Source of the DNA: a candidate division FCPU426 bacterium
GTDB lineage: Bacteria; Oederibacteriota; JAAXVQ01; JAUVAV01
Reading direction: 5' to 3'
Assembly (NCBI GenBank): GCA_040756875.1
Contig: JBFLYH010000002.1
Location: forward strand, 703,078 to 767,077
Length of the DNA stretch: 64,000 nt
The notes beneath the pieces were generated by a model. The model was given only the letters and a program-made list of their open reading frames with translations, had not been told where the DNA came from and made no database searches. The position numbers and the translations under genes were made by a program. This document shows, piece after piece, positions 13,900 through 22,258 of the stretch (the stretch's first letter is position 1; each line of letters opens with the position of its first letter).

Positions 13900-13943
13900 A
13901 GATTGCTTCGTTATCCCATTACTGGAGACACCTCGCAATGACA
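13900..13943. repeat. half of a GATTGCTTCG...CCTCGCAATGAC palindromic (REP/RPE-like) element
   Basis: AGATTGCTTCG..N20..CCTCGCAATGACA resembles one arm of a widespread palindromic repeat family (recalled, not searched). Confidence 0.5.
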
Positions 13944-14035
13944 CCTCTTAACTCATTGATACAGGTAGCCGATCACTTAAAAAACGCTTGCCCAAACCGC
14001 AGGGGGCATGGTATTTTCGCCCACACGGCTATAAC

Positions 14036-14112
14036 GGCGGAGTAGCTCAGTTGGTCAGAGCAAACGGTTCATACCCGTTGTGTCCGGGGTTCGAATCCCT
14101 GCTCCGCTACCA
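14036..14112 (+). tRNA. tRNA with CAT anticodon, most likely elongator tRNA-Met
   Basis: GGCGGAG acceptor paired with CTCCGCT, TAGCTCAGTTGGTCAGAGC D-arm, AACGG-TTCATAC-CCGTT anticodon arm, GGTTCGAATCC T-arm, encoded CCA; TTGCCC..TGGTATTTT promoter upstream. Confidence 0.95.
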
Positions 14113-14120
14113 GCAATTAG

Positions 14121-14149
14121 AATGGCTGTCCTCCGGGGCAGCCATTTTC
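14121..14149 (+). terminator. intrinsic terminator after tRNA
   Basis: AATGGCTGTCC/GGGCAGCCATT hairpin followed by a T run. Confidence 0.65.
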
Positions 14150-14286
14150 ATTTGCACACATAACCAACCTGAACCCCGGACACGAGGGGGATCGGGGGGG
14201 ATAGCCCCCGAATCTATGGGGGGTGACCGCTAGCCGCTTGGGGGCGAGCACCAGAGGGGGAACTCCCCTTATGGAGGTTGCGTGGA

Positions 14287-14315
14287 CGGGGTTCGAATCC
14301 CTGCTCCGCTACCAG
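14287..14315 (+). repeat. 29-bp direct repeat of the tRNA 3' end (att-like)
   Basis: CGGGGTTCGAATCCCTGCTCCGCTACCAG, identical to 14085-14113. Confidence 0.95.
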
Positions 14316-14320
14316 AAAAT

Positions 14321-14354
14321 AAAAAGCCCTGCACCGCTGGTGCAGGGCTTTTTT
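14321..14354. terminator. bidirectional intrinsic terminator
   Basis: AAAAAGCCCTGCACC-GCT-GGTGCAGGGCTTTTT perfect hairpin between convergent units. Confidence 0.85.
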
Positions 14355-14385
14355 ATCTTTGGGCCTCACAATCCTTCCCTCTTCA

Positions 14386-14422
14386 CCCTCTCCCTAGCCC
14401 TCCCCCCTCAAGGGGGAGGGGG
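14386..14422. repeat. CCCTCTCCCT..GGGAGGG REP-like hairpin
   Basis: CCCTCTCCCTAGCCCTCCCCCCTCAAGGGGGAGGGGG, typical of a common intergenic palindrome family. Confidence 0.55.
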
Positions 14423-14428
14423 AAATAT

Positions 14429-14989
14429 TTAATGCGCCTTGCGCACGATCCAGACGTCCGGCCCGTGCGTTTCCACGCTGCCGCGCTCGAGCTGGGACTG
14501 GGAAAGCAGCCGCCGTACGCGGTCCGCGTCCATGGCCGCCTGCTGATAGGCCCGTTTCAGCGCCTCCGGGCCCGTGGCCAGCCACTTCCGCCAGGCGGGC
14601 AGGCCGCTGCGGGGCACGCCGATGAAATATTCCCCCTCCACTTTCAGCACGCGGGCCAGCTCATTGAGCAGGTCCAGGGGCTGCGGCCACATTGCCAGGC
14701 TGCCGAAGGAAACCACGGCCTCCACGCTGCGGTCCGGCAGGCCGAGGGGCAGGCCGGCCTGGGGCAAATACTCCGCCCGGTCCGCCACGCCCCAGGCCCG
14801 GGCCTGGGCCACGGCGGCTTTGCGCTCCGCTTCCTCAAACCCGAGCCCCACGAGATCAAGGTCCGGATTGGCGCGCAGCAATTCCAGGCCCGGCCACAGG
14901 CCGCCCGGCCCGAGTTCCAGCACGCGGCCCACGGTCACCCGCGGCCGGATGCGTTTTCCCGTCATATGCGACAAACTGCTGCCAAACAC
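14429..14989 (-). CDS. class I SAM-dependent methyltransferase-like protein (divergent)
   Basis: RVLELGPGG motif I, LPDRSVEAVVS, LNELARVLK; AGGAGG RBS. Confidence 0.7.
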   Translation of the reverse strand: MFGSSLSHMTGKRIRPRVTVGRVLELGPGGLWPGLELLRANPDLDLVGLGFEEAERKAAVAQARAWGVADRAEYLPQAGLPLGLPDRSVEAVVSFGSLAMWPQPLDLLNELARVLKVEGEYFIGVPRSGLPAWRKWLATGPEALKRAYQQAAMDADRVRRLLSQSQLERGSVETHGPDVWIVRKAH

Positions 14990-15046
14990 TGCTGGCCTCC
15001 TAGGGGTGCCGCCGGCGCAAGGGGCGGGATGCGAAAAACGCGCGGA

Positions 15047-15448
15047 TCAATTGAGGGTAAGGTTCTGCTGGTTGCGGACTTTGGCCAGGACCTTCTCGGC
15101 GAAATCCGGCAATTCGGTGGGATCGAACGGTTTGACGATATAACCGTCTGCCCGGACCGCGAAACCGCGGTCAATGTCCGCCTCCAGGCCCTTGACGGTC
15201 ACAAAGATCACGGGAATGTGTTTGGTTTCTTCGACGGTTTTCAGGGTGCGGCAGATTTCGTAGCCATCGAGCATGGGCATCATGACGTCCAGGAGGACCA
15301 GGTCCGGCCTCTCCTGGTAAACCTTGGCCAGGGCCTCCTGGCCGTTGGTGGCGGTCACGACTTCGAACCCCCGGCGGGTGAAAATCTCGCTGATGACCTC
15401 CACCATGTCCGGATTGTCGTCCACCACCAGAACCTTCTCTTTGGGCAT
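15047..15448 (-). CDS. stand-alone response regulator receiver protein
   Basis: VLVVDDN, LLDVMMP, FVT, KPF; own TTGCAT..TATAAT promoter and GAGG RBS place the start at MPKEK. Confidence 0.9.
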   Translation of the reverse strand: MPKEKVLVVDDNPDMVEVISEIFTRRGFEVVTATNGQEALAKVYQERPDLVLLDVMMPMLDGYEICRTLKTVEETKHIPVIFVTVKGLEADIDRGFAVRADGYIVKPFDPTELPDFAEKVLAKVRNQQNLTLN

Positions 15449-15543
15449 GCGGCGCCTCGGGAAGAACAGGGCTTTTAAAACCATATTATAGACGCCTCGC
15501 GGGCTCATATGCAATTGAAAAAACCGGGTTCCCGTTCCCGGGT

Positions 15544-16332
15544 TCAGCGCACCACGAAGTCCATCTGCTCGGCCTTGATGGCGCCGCGCAGGTGCGCAAT
15601 GGCTTGCCCGTGGATCTGGCAGACCCGCGATTCCGTGACCTCCAGGATGGCCGCGATTTCACGCAGGGTCAGCTCTTCGTAGTAGTAGAGCGTGAGCACC
15701 AGCCGCTCCCGTTCGGGCAGCCGCTCGATCAGGCGCGCCAGCACCTCGCGGGCTTCCTTGGCCGCGAGCTGGGTGAAGGCGCTGCCCAGGCTCCGGTCCA
15801 CGGGGTTGCCCTCGGCGGCGACCACGTCCCGGCGCTTCTTTTCCCGGTCTTCCATCAGTTCGTCCAGAGAGACCACGGGCGGCACGTTGACGTCGTCCAA
15901 CAGGGAGTGGAAGCGCTTCAGGGAGAGCTTCATGTGCCGGGCCACTTCCGTATCCGACACTTCGCGGTGGTGCTTTTTTTCCAGCGTCTCGTACGCCTGT
16001 TCCAGTTCCCGGTTTTTCTGCCGCACGGACCGCGGCACCCAGTCCAGGGCCCGCATTTCGTCCAGGATGGCGCCCCGGATGCGGAAAAAGGCGTAAGTCG
16101 AGAATTTTCCGCCCAGATCGGGATTGAACTTCTCGACCGCGTCCACCAGCCCGATGAACCCCGCGCTCACCAGGTCGTCCACGTCCAACCACGCGCGGTT
16201 CTGCGGAATGGTCATCCGCTCCAGGGTAAAGCGCACCAGCGGCACGTGGCGCTTCAGCAATTCCTCCCTGGCCACCGGGTCCTGCGTCTTCCGATACGTC
16301 TTCCACAATTCGCGTTCCGTTGCTGCTTCCAT
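15544..16332 (-). CDS. fliA: FliA/WhiG-family sigma factor (sigma-28)
   Basis: DDLVSAGFIGL, FSTYAFFRIRGAILDEMRALDWVPRSVR, LYYYEELTLREIAAILEVTESRVCQIH. Confidence 0.93.
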   Translation of the reverse strand: MEAATERELWKTYRKTQDPVAREELLKRHVPLVRFTLERMTIPQNRAWLDVDDLVSAGFIGLVDAVEKFNPDLGGKFSTYAFFRIRGAILDEMRALDWVPRSVRQKNRELEQAYETLEKKHHREVSDTEVARHMKLSLKRFHSLLDDVNVPPVVSLDELMEDREKKRRDVVAAEGNPVDRSLGSAFTQLAAKEAREVLARLIERLPERERLVLTLYYYEELTLREIAAILEVTESRVCQIHGQAIAHLRGAIKAEQMDFVVR

Positions 16333-16345
16333 TTTCTCCACCCCC

Positions 16346-17728
16346 TTAAATGCCGAGTTCACGCATTTTATTGAACAGCGTTTTGTAGTTGATCTTGAGG
16401 AGCTTGGCGGTCTTGACTTTGTTCCACCGGGTTTCCTGCAGCGCCCGGCTGATGGTTTCCCTTTCCACGCGGCGCGCGACTTCCTGGCAGACTTCCTTGA
16501 GCGGCCGCACGGCCGCCGTCGTGGCCGCAGCGGACTGCTCGGGCCGGGGCGCGTCGAAGCGGTCGGTGGGAAGGTGCGCCAGCTCGATCGTGCGTTCGGC
16601 CATCACCAACGCCCGCTTCACCGCGTTCATGAGCTCGCGCACGTTGCCCGGCCAGGCGTAGTCGTGGAAAAAAGCCAGGACTTCCGGCGAAAACCCGGTG
16701 ACGCTCTTGTTGAACTGGCGGTTGAACAGGGCGAGAAAATGCTGGGCTAAAAGGTCGATTTCGTCGCCGCGGGCGCGCAGGGGCGGCAGGACCACGGTGA
16801 ATTCGTTCAGGCGGTGGTACAAGTCTTCGCGGAAGTTGCCCGCGGCCATGGCTTCCTCGAGCGAGCTGTTGGTCGCGGCCACGACCCTGACGTCGATGTC
16901 CACCTCGTGCTTGCCGCCGAGACGGCGGAGGCGGCGCTCCTGCAGCACGCGCAGGAGCTTGATCTGCATGGCCTGGGGCAGATTCCCGATCTCATCCAAG
17001 AAAAGCGTGCCGCCCTGGGCCATCTCAAAGCGGCCGGGCTTGCTGTCCTGGGCGCCCGTAAAAGCGCCCCGTTCGAAACCGAAGAGTTCGGATTCCATGA
17101 GATTTTGCGGCAGGGCGCTGCAGTCGATGGAGACCAGGGGCTTGTCTGCGCGCGGGCTCTTGGCGTGCAGATGCGCGGCCACCACTTCCTTGCCCGTGCC
17201 GCTTTCGCCCCGGATCAGAACCGTCACGTCGTAGGGAGCGATCCGTTCGACGGTTTCCACCACCTGCTGCATGGCCGGGCAGGACCAGACCAGCTCCGGG
17301 CTCTGGCGCTGGGCGATCTGCCCTTTCAACAGCGTGACTTCCTTTTGCAGACGGCTGGTCTGCAGGGCGTTTTTCACCGTGATCCGCAATTCGTCGAGGT
17401 TTAGGGGTTTGCTCAGGTAATCATAGGCGCCGAATTTCATGGCCCTGACCGCGGCGTTCAGGTCGTCGAAAGCGGATAGAATAACCACAGGCTGGTCGCG
17501 CTGGCGGTCTTTCAGCTGGCGCAGCACTTCCAAGCCGTCCATGCCCGGCAGCTTGAGGTCGAGAAAAATAAGGTCCGGCCGCTGGCTGCCGGCGGTTTCG
17601 AGCCCTTGTTCGCCAGTGAATGCCGTGGACACGTCGTACCCTTCTTCGGACAAAGCCTTTTTGACAATCCAGCAAATTTCAGGCTCGTCGTCGACGATGA
17701 GGATGGTGGCTGCCGCAGATTGTGACAT
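16346..17728 (-). CDS. sigma-54-dependent NtrC/AtoC-family response regulator
   Basis: Receiver domain (IVDDE, FLDLKLP), GESGTGKE, intact GAFTGA, FLDEIG, WPGNVREL, Fis-type HTH. Confidence 0.95.
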   Translation of the reverse strand: MSQSAAATILIVDDEPEICWIVKKALSEEGYDVSTAFTGEQGLETAGSQRPDLIFLDLKLPGMDGLEVLRQLKDRQRDQPVVILSAFDDLNAAVRAMKFGAYDYLSKPLNLDELRITVKNALQTSRLQKEVTLLKGQIAQRQSPELVWSCPAMQQVVETVERIAPYDVTVLIRGESGTGKEVVAAHLHAKSPRADKPLVSIDCSALPQNLMESELFGFERGAFTGAQDSKPGRFEMAQGGTLFLDEIGNLPQAMQIKLLRVLQERRLRRLGGKHEVDIDVRVVAATNSSLEEAMAAGNFREDLYHRLNEFTVVLPPLRARGDEIDLLAQHFLALFNRQFNKSVTGFSPEVLAFFHDYAWPGNVRELMNAVKRALVMAERTIELAHLPTDRFDAPRPEQSAAATTAAVRPLKEVCQEVARRVERETISRALQETRWNKVKTAKLLKINYKTLFNKMRELGI

Positions 17729-17775
17729 GTGGCCCCTGGGCGCAGGCTCCTTCTACGAATATAGCTATAGACTAC

Positions 17776-17790
17776 GCAAAAGGCGTACCA
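17776..17790 (-). promoter_or_regulatory. sigma-54 (-24/-12) promoter of the activator-fliA operon
   Basis: Minus strand TGGTACG-CCTT-TTGC versus consensus TGGCACG-N4-TTGC, 47 bp upstream of the start codon. Confidence 0.8.
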
Positions 17791-17939
17791 AGGGCTTGGG
17801 CGCAGGCGGGCAAATGCCGGATTTCAGCGCAGGCGGGCAAAGCGTTGTTTTTATGGGGTAAAAATCCGGAGGGAAATCCTGCCGCAAATCCCCGCTGGCG
17901 GAGACCGCGGCTCGCGGGAGGACCTAGGTATTCAAATCC

Positions 17940-18215
17940 CTAATCTCTGGTCTGCTTTTCCTGGGAAAGGGGAAACCATTTATCCACTACATCCTTGCCG
18001 GAAACGTGGTATTCTCCCCTGGCGATTCGCCCTTTTATTTCCATTACTTTTTCCCGGCGAAAACAATCCGCGCGGGTATACGCGTCCATCAGGCTGCGCA
18101 GCAAGGCAGCCGGAATTTTCGGGGCCGGCTGCCGGCGGCGGCCGTTCTTTAAAACCCCTTTATTCTCCAGCTTTTTCTTCCAATGACGAAACGAGGCCAT
18201 GTCAACCAACTTCAT
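17940..18215 (-). CDS. FlgM-like anti-sigma-28 factor
   Basis: C-terminal RREKVMEIKGRIARGEYHVSGKDVVDKW matches the FlgM sigma-binding motif; overlaps the kinase stop; fliA nearby. Confidence 0.75.
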   Translation of the reverse strand: MKLVDMASFRHWKKKLENKGVLKNGRRRQPAPKIPAALLRSLMDAYTRADCFRREKVMEIKGRIARGEYHVSGKDVVDKWFPLSQEKQTRD

Positions 18216-19374
18216 TGGCAACCACTCCCTTCCCCCTGACAGCTTCAGTATCGGGAAGGGCACTCTGGGACTTAAGATTTTTTTGTTCTGATCCGACAGG
18301 CAGTGAAACGATAAAACGGGTGCCGTGGCCCACCTGGGATTCGACCCGGACGCTTCCGCCCAGCTCGTCGATGATCATTTTCACGACGTACAATCCCAAG
18401 CCCGAGCCGCCGCTGTGCCGGGAAAAAAACGGCTCAAATACGTGCTCCAAGTCGTCGGCCGCGATGCCGCGCCCGGTATCCGCGATTTCCACGCTGGCCA
18501 TGCCTCTCGGACCAGGCTGGGTGACGACCCGCAGGGTCCCGCCCTGGGACATGCTGTTGAGCGCATTGATGCAAATATTCAAAAATACCCGCTGCAGGTG
18601 TTCGTCGTCACCGTGGATGGGCGGAAGCGGATCAGCCAATTCCAGGGCCAGTTCCACGCCCTGGGCCAGGCATTTTTCCTTGATGAAGCCCACGACTTCG
18701 CGCACGCAGGCGTTGAGATCCACGGGCTCCTGTTTGAGCTTGAGGGGCCGGGCCGCGGCCAGCAGTTCCCGGATGGTGCCGTCGATTTCGGAGATTTTTC
18801 TTACGATGGTGTCCATCATGCCCTGCACCTCGGGTTGCTCGCTGAGCTTGCTTTTCAGGAACTGCACCGAGGCGCCGATGATGGAAAGCGGGTTGCGGAT
18901 TTCGTGGGCCATGGCCGCGGCCAGCTGTCCGACGGCCGCGAGTTTCTCCGCGGTCAACAGGCTCTGCCGGGTCTTCAACAAATCGTTGTACAATCGCTTG
19001 ATTCGCAGCATGACCGCGACCTTGGCCATAAGTTCCTCGTGATCGAAGGGCTTGAGAATGTAATCGTCGATCCCTTCTTCCAGGCTGCGGATTTTGCCTT
19101 CTTTGGAATCCAGGCCGGTCACCATGATGATGGGAATGTAAGGAATGGAGGGGTCCTGGCGGACGCGGGCGCAGATTTCCATGCCCGAATACTCCTGCCC
19201 CCTCATCACTTCGTCGAGGATCAGCAGGTCCGGATGCCGGCGGCTGATGGCGGCCAGGGCGTCCGCGCCGCTCGAAAGCAGCGTGACATCGTGCCCGGCC
19301 TGGCCGAGCACGATCTGATAAAGCCGCAGCGTATCCTCGTTGTCATCCACGCAATAGACGTGGCCGTGTTCCAT
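18202..19374 (-). CDS. cytoplasmic hybrid histidine kinase (receiver-HisKA-HATPase)
   Basis: N-terminal receiver (VDDN, ILDEV, KPF), AHEIRNPL H-box, N-box, DTGRG, GSGLGL; no TM or sensor domain. Confidence 0.93.
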   Translation of the reverse strand: MEHGHVYCVDDNEDTLRLYQIVLGQAGHDVTLLSSGADALAAISRRHPDLLILDEVMRGQEYSGMEICARVRQDPSIPYIPIIMVTGLDSKEGKIRSLEEGIDDYILKPFDHEELMAKVAVMLRIKRLYNDLLKTRQSLLTAEKLAAVGQLAAAMAHEIRNPLSIIGASVQFLKSKLSEQPEVQGMMDTIVRKISEIDGTIRELLAAARPLKLKQEPVDLNACVREVVGFIKEKCLAQGVELALELADPLPPIHGDDEHLQRVFLNICINALNSMSQGGTLRVVTQPGPRGMASVEIADTGRGIAADDLEHVFEPFFSRHSGGSGLGLYVVKMIIDELGGSVRVESQVGHGTRFIVSLPVGSEQKNLKSQSALPDTEAVRGKGVVANEVG

Positions 19375-19493
19375 GGTCCACCTCCCGAACCTAAAGCGAG
19401 GTCCCTATGGTAGTCTTTCGACCGGCCTCTGGCAAGCGCTTTTCCGTTTTTTCGAAGACAAGCGCCGGGGTGATGCGAGAAACGAAACTTTTA

Positions 19494-19520
19494 TTATCGG
19501 CGTCCAAAAAGAAAACTTTA
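19494..19520 (-). promoter_or_regulatory. sigma-28 promoter of the kinase-flgM operon
   Basis: Minus strand TAAAGTTT-TCTTTTTGGAC-GCCGATAA, a perfect match to TAAAGTTT-N11-GCCGATAA. Confidence 0.88.
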
Positions 19521-19688
19521 ATCCCTCCCCGTGCGGCCGCGCGGTTTTTGCATGAGCCGGGCGGCGCGCATCCGGGCCAGGCCGACTTTCGCGTTGCTGG
19601 CTAGAAAAAAAGCTGCTAGGATGGAGTTCCCTGCCGCAACCGTGGAAAGGGCGGGGCGAAAGTCCCCAGACCTGCCGGAGGTGGCAAT

Positions 19689-20453
19689 ATGCGCACGTTG
19701 ATGGTTGCCGTTCTGCTGTCCAGCCTGTGCTGTCCCTATTCCCTGTTGGCGGCCGACCCTGAGCCGACGGCCGTACCGCCCTCGCTTGATGCGTTGCTGG
19801 CCCAAGCCAATGAGTGGTACGACCAGCGGGAAAATCCCGAAGCCGTGCCCAAGGCCATCGACCTCTACCAGCAGGTGCTCGCCCAGGACCCCAACAATTA
19901 CCAAGCATTATGGCGTTTGTCTCGCTGCTGCTGGTGGCAGGGCGACCATTCGCCCCGCAACCAGCAGATGGCGCTCTACGACCTGGGCCAACAGACCGGG
20001 GAACGGGCCCGGGCCGCAGCGCCGCAGGAAGTGGACGGCCATTACTGGTACGGCGCCTGCGTCGGCCGGGCCGCTGAAGTGCGCGGCGTCCTCAACAGCC
20101 TGTTCGCCATTGATCCCATCCGCAAAGCCATGGAGACCGTCCTTTCGCTGGACCCCAAGCACGCCCATGCCCTTTACGTGCTCGGCGTGCTGTACCGCAA
20201 AGCGCCCGGTTGGCCGCTGTCGTGCGGCGACATCAACAAGTCGCTGGAGTACGCCCGCCAGGCCGCGGACCTGGCGCCGAACGAAGTGCTGACGCAAATG
20301 GGTTTGGCGGAGACGCTGCTGGCCAAGGGGGACAAAGCCGAGGCGAAAAGAATTTTGGAAATGGCGCTGACCTTGGAAGGGCCGGCGGACTTGCGGCCCG
20401 AAACCAAGACCGATAAAAAGACCGTGCAGGAACTGCTGAAGAAGAATTTTTAG
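19689..20453 (+). CDS. secreted tetratricopeptide-repeat protein
   Basis: Signal peptide, helical TPR-like repeats (AIDLYQQVLAQDP, LSLDPKHAHALYVLG); GGAGGT RBS. Confidence 0.8.
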   Translation: MRTLMVAVLLSSLCCPYSLLAADPEPTAVPPSLDALLAQANEWYDQRENPEAVPKAIDLYQQVLAQDPNNYQALWRLSRCCWWQGDHSPRNQQMALYDLGQQTGERARAAAPQEVDGHYWYGACVGRAAEVRGVLNSLFAIDPIRKAMETVLSLDPKHAHALYVLGVLYRKAPGWPLSCGDINKSLEYARQAADLAPNEVLTQMGLAETLLAKGDKAEAKRILEMALTLEGPADLRPETKTDKKTVQELLKKNF

Positions 20454-21979
20454 CGCTTGGGCGGCAGGGCGGCGGCCAGCAGCATTTGCACGGCGCGCCG
20501 GCTGACCATGTATACCGTATTGTCGCTCTGTTTTTTCAGGAAAAACACCCCGGCCGGTTCGGTTCCCTCCAAAAACACAAATTCCTCCAACTGGCTTCCA
20601 GTCGTGCGGTAAAAGCGGATTTGCATGACGCGCACGGCCTGCAGGTAGGCCGCATAGTAGGGATTCTGGTCGTTGACCACATCCAGATATTCCAGCGCCT
20701 GCAACCCCTGAATGAGCGGGCCCGCTTTGAAAAAATAAGGCGCCGGCTCCTCGGTCGGCTTGGCCCGCGAGGTCTTGCCGAGCTCGGTGTCAGGATTCGG
20801 TTTGCGCGTGGTGGCTGCCTGCCATCCTCCCCGCTGACTCCGCTGGAGCGCGATCCGCCAGTGGGCGGTGGAGATTTCGCACTGCCCCACCTCGTCCCAA
20901 AAATAGATCAGCCGCCGGCTGGCCACGCGGTTGAGCAGTTCCTGGACCCGCTCCAGGGCGCCGGTGGCCAGGAGGAAGATTTTCGCCTCCCGGCTGCTCT
21001 TGACATAGGTCGGCCCGGCCGCCCCCCGGGGCTGGCCGAACACCAGTTCCAGGGGATAGCGGCTGTCCTGCTGGTGCACCACCACGGCGGCATAGGGGTC
21101 GGTCAGGCCGTATTTGCCGAGATCCGTGCGGGCGCCCACGGATTCCTCCACGCACTCCTCCACCTCCCACTGGGACACCGCGCTCAGCACCTCGGCCGCA
21201 ACCTGGGGGTCCGTGGGCACGTAAAAGGGATAGGTGATGGCCCAGCGTGGTTCGGCGCCGCTTGCTCCCGCCGCAGCGCGCGCGGCCGGCTCCCGGCCGA
21301 AGCGGGGCAATTCCGGCGAGACAGGCGTGGCGGACTCCAGCGCCAGGGTCATGACCGCGTGCGCCTCGCGGAAGGTCAACTGCCGGATGCCGGCCAGCGG
21401 TTCCGTGAACAGGTTGCGGTCCCGCAGGTGTGAAACCCATCGCGACTGGAGCAATTCCTCCGGCATCCGCACGAGATAGGTTTTTCTTTCATCCATGCGC
21501 CGCGCGTAATATCGGCCGCTGACTGCATCCCGGCGCCCCACCTGAACGGTCCAGGCCCGGCCGGATTGGTCACGCAGCGTGACGCGCCAGCCCTGCCGGT
21601 CGGCCTCCCACTCCTGCTGGCCCTCGGTGTCCTCGACCACGCGCAGGGTTTGCCAATCGCACAGGTCGGAGAGCAGCGCAAAGACCGTGCCGGTATTGAC
21701 CTTGTCCTCCACCGGAGCCACCATGCGCCAGCCCTCCTCGGAACGCCGGAGCACCAAATGCTCCTTGGGGCCCCGCAGTTCCAACCCGTAGACCTGATCC
21801 GGCTTGAGCGAGAAAAACGTGCGGACGTGGCGCTCGGTCACGGCCCGCGGCGAAAGCAGGTAATAAGCCAGCCCGCCGGTCAGCCCGGCCGCGCCAATCC
21901 ATAGAACCAGGCTCAGAACCGCCCGCGGCTGGTTCAGGACTTCGCGCCAGGACGGCGGCAAAAACGAAGGCACTTTCAC
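20450..21979 (-). CDS. membrane-anchored DUF4340-like protein
   Basis: N-terminal TM, repeated W-x-P..V / YGL..P / LRDR-type segments typical of DUF4340. Confidence 0.6.
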   Translation of the reverse strand: MKVPSFLPPSWREVLNQPRAVLSLVLWIGAAGLTGGLAYYLLSPRAVTERHVRTFFSLKPDQVYGLELRGPKEHLVLRRSEEGWRMVAPVEDKVNTGTVFALLSDLCDWQTLRVVEDTEGQQEWEADRQGWRVTLRDQSGRAWTVQVGRRDAVSGRYYARRMDERKTYLVRMPEELLQSRWVSHLRDRNLFTEPLAGIRQLTFREAHAVMTLALESATPVSPELPRFGREPAARAAAGASGAEPRWAITYPFYVPTDPQVAAEVLSAVSQWEVEECVEESVGARTDLGKYGLTDPYAAVVVHQQDSRYPLELVFGQPRGAAGPTYVKSSREAKIFLLATGALERVQELLNRVASRRLIYFWDEVGQCEISTAHWRIALQRSQRGGWQAATTRKPNPDTELGKTSRAKPTEEPAPYFFKAGPLIQGLQALEYLDVVNDQNPYYAAYLQAVRVMQIRFYRTTGSQLEEFVFLEGTEPAGVFFLKKQSDNTVYMVSRRAVQMLLAAALPPKR

Positions 21980-22145
21980 GACTTGCGGCTCCTTTTCCTC
22001 TTCGGAAATACATCCGACGCTCCATTCTACCGCAAAGCCCTAAAAAACCGAATCACGTTTCACTTTGACTGTCATACTCCGCCTTCGTAAAAATCCCGCC
22101 TTTCCCCCGAGGGAGCCTGCGCCCGGGAGACTTCTTGCGGTGGGA

Positions 22146-22174
22146 TTGACTTTTAACCAGGCCTGGCCTAGAAT
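22146..22174 (+). promoter_or_regulatory. sigma-70-type promoter
   Basis: TTGACT-N17-TAGAAT upstream of the TPR-PBP gene. Confidence 0.65.
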
Positions 22175-22258
22175 CGGAAAATCCACGCGCTCCCGTCCCT
22201 TCCGCAGGGCTTTCGGCCAAGGGGCTCCATCCTGTACGGAAAGAAGAGGTCGTCACGC

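Noticed and set aside
14287-14315. Second tRNA gene
   Set aside because: Only the T-arm and 3' acceptor strand are present; no D-arm or anticodon arm
9240-14430. Intact prophage or integrative element
   Set aside because: No integrase, transposase or phage genes; the att-like repeats do not flank the AT-rich genes
19633-19687. c-di-GMP-I or cobalamin riboswitch-like string (CGCAACCGTGGAAAGGGCGGGGCGAAAG..AGACCTGCC..AGGTGGC)
   Set aside because: Only partial resemblance; the required closing stems are missing and GGAGGT is explained as the RBS. An Infernal search would settle it
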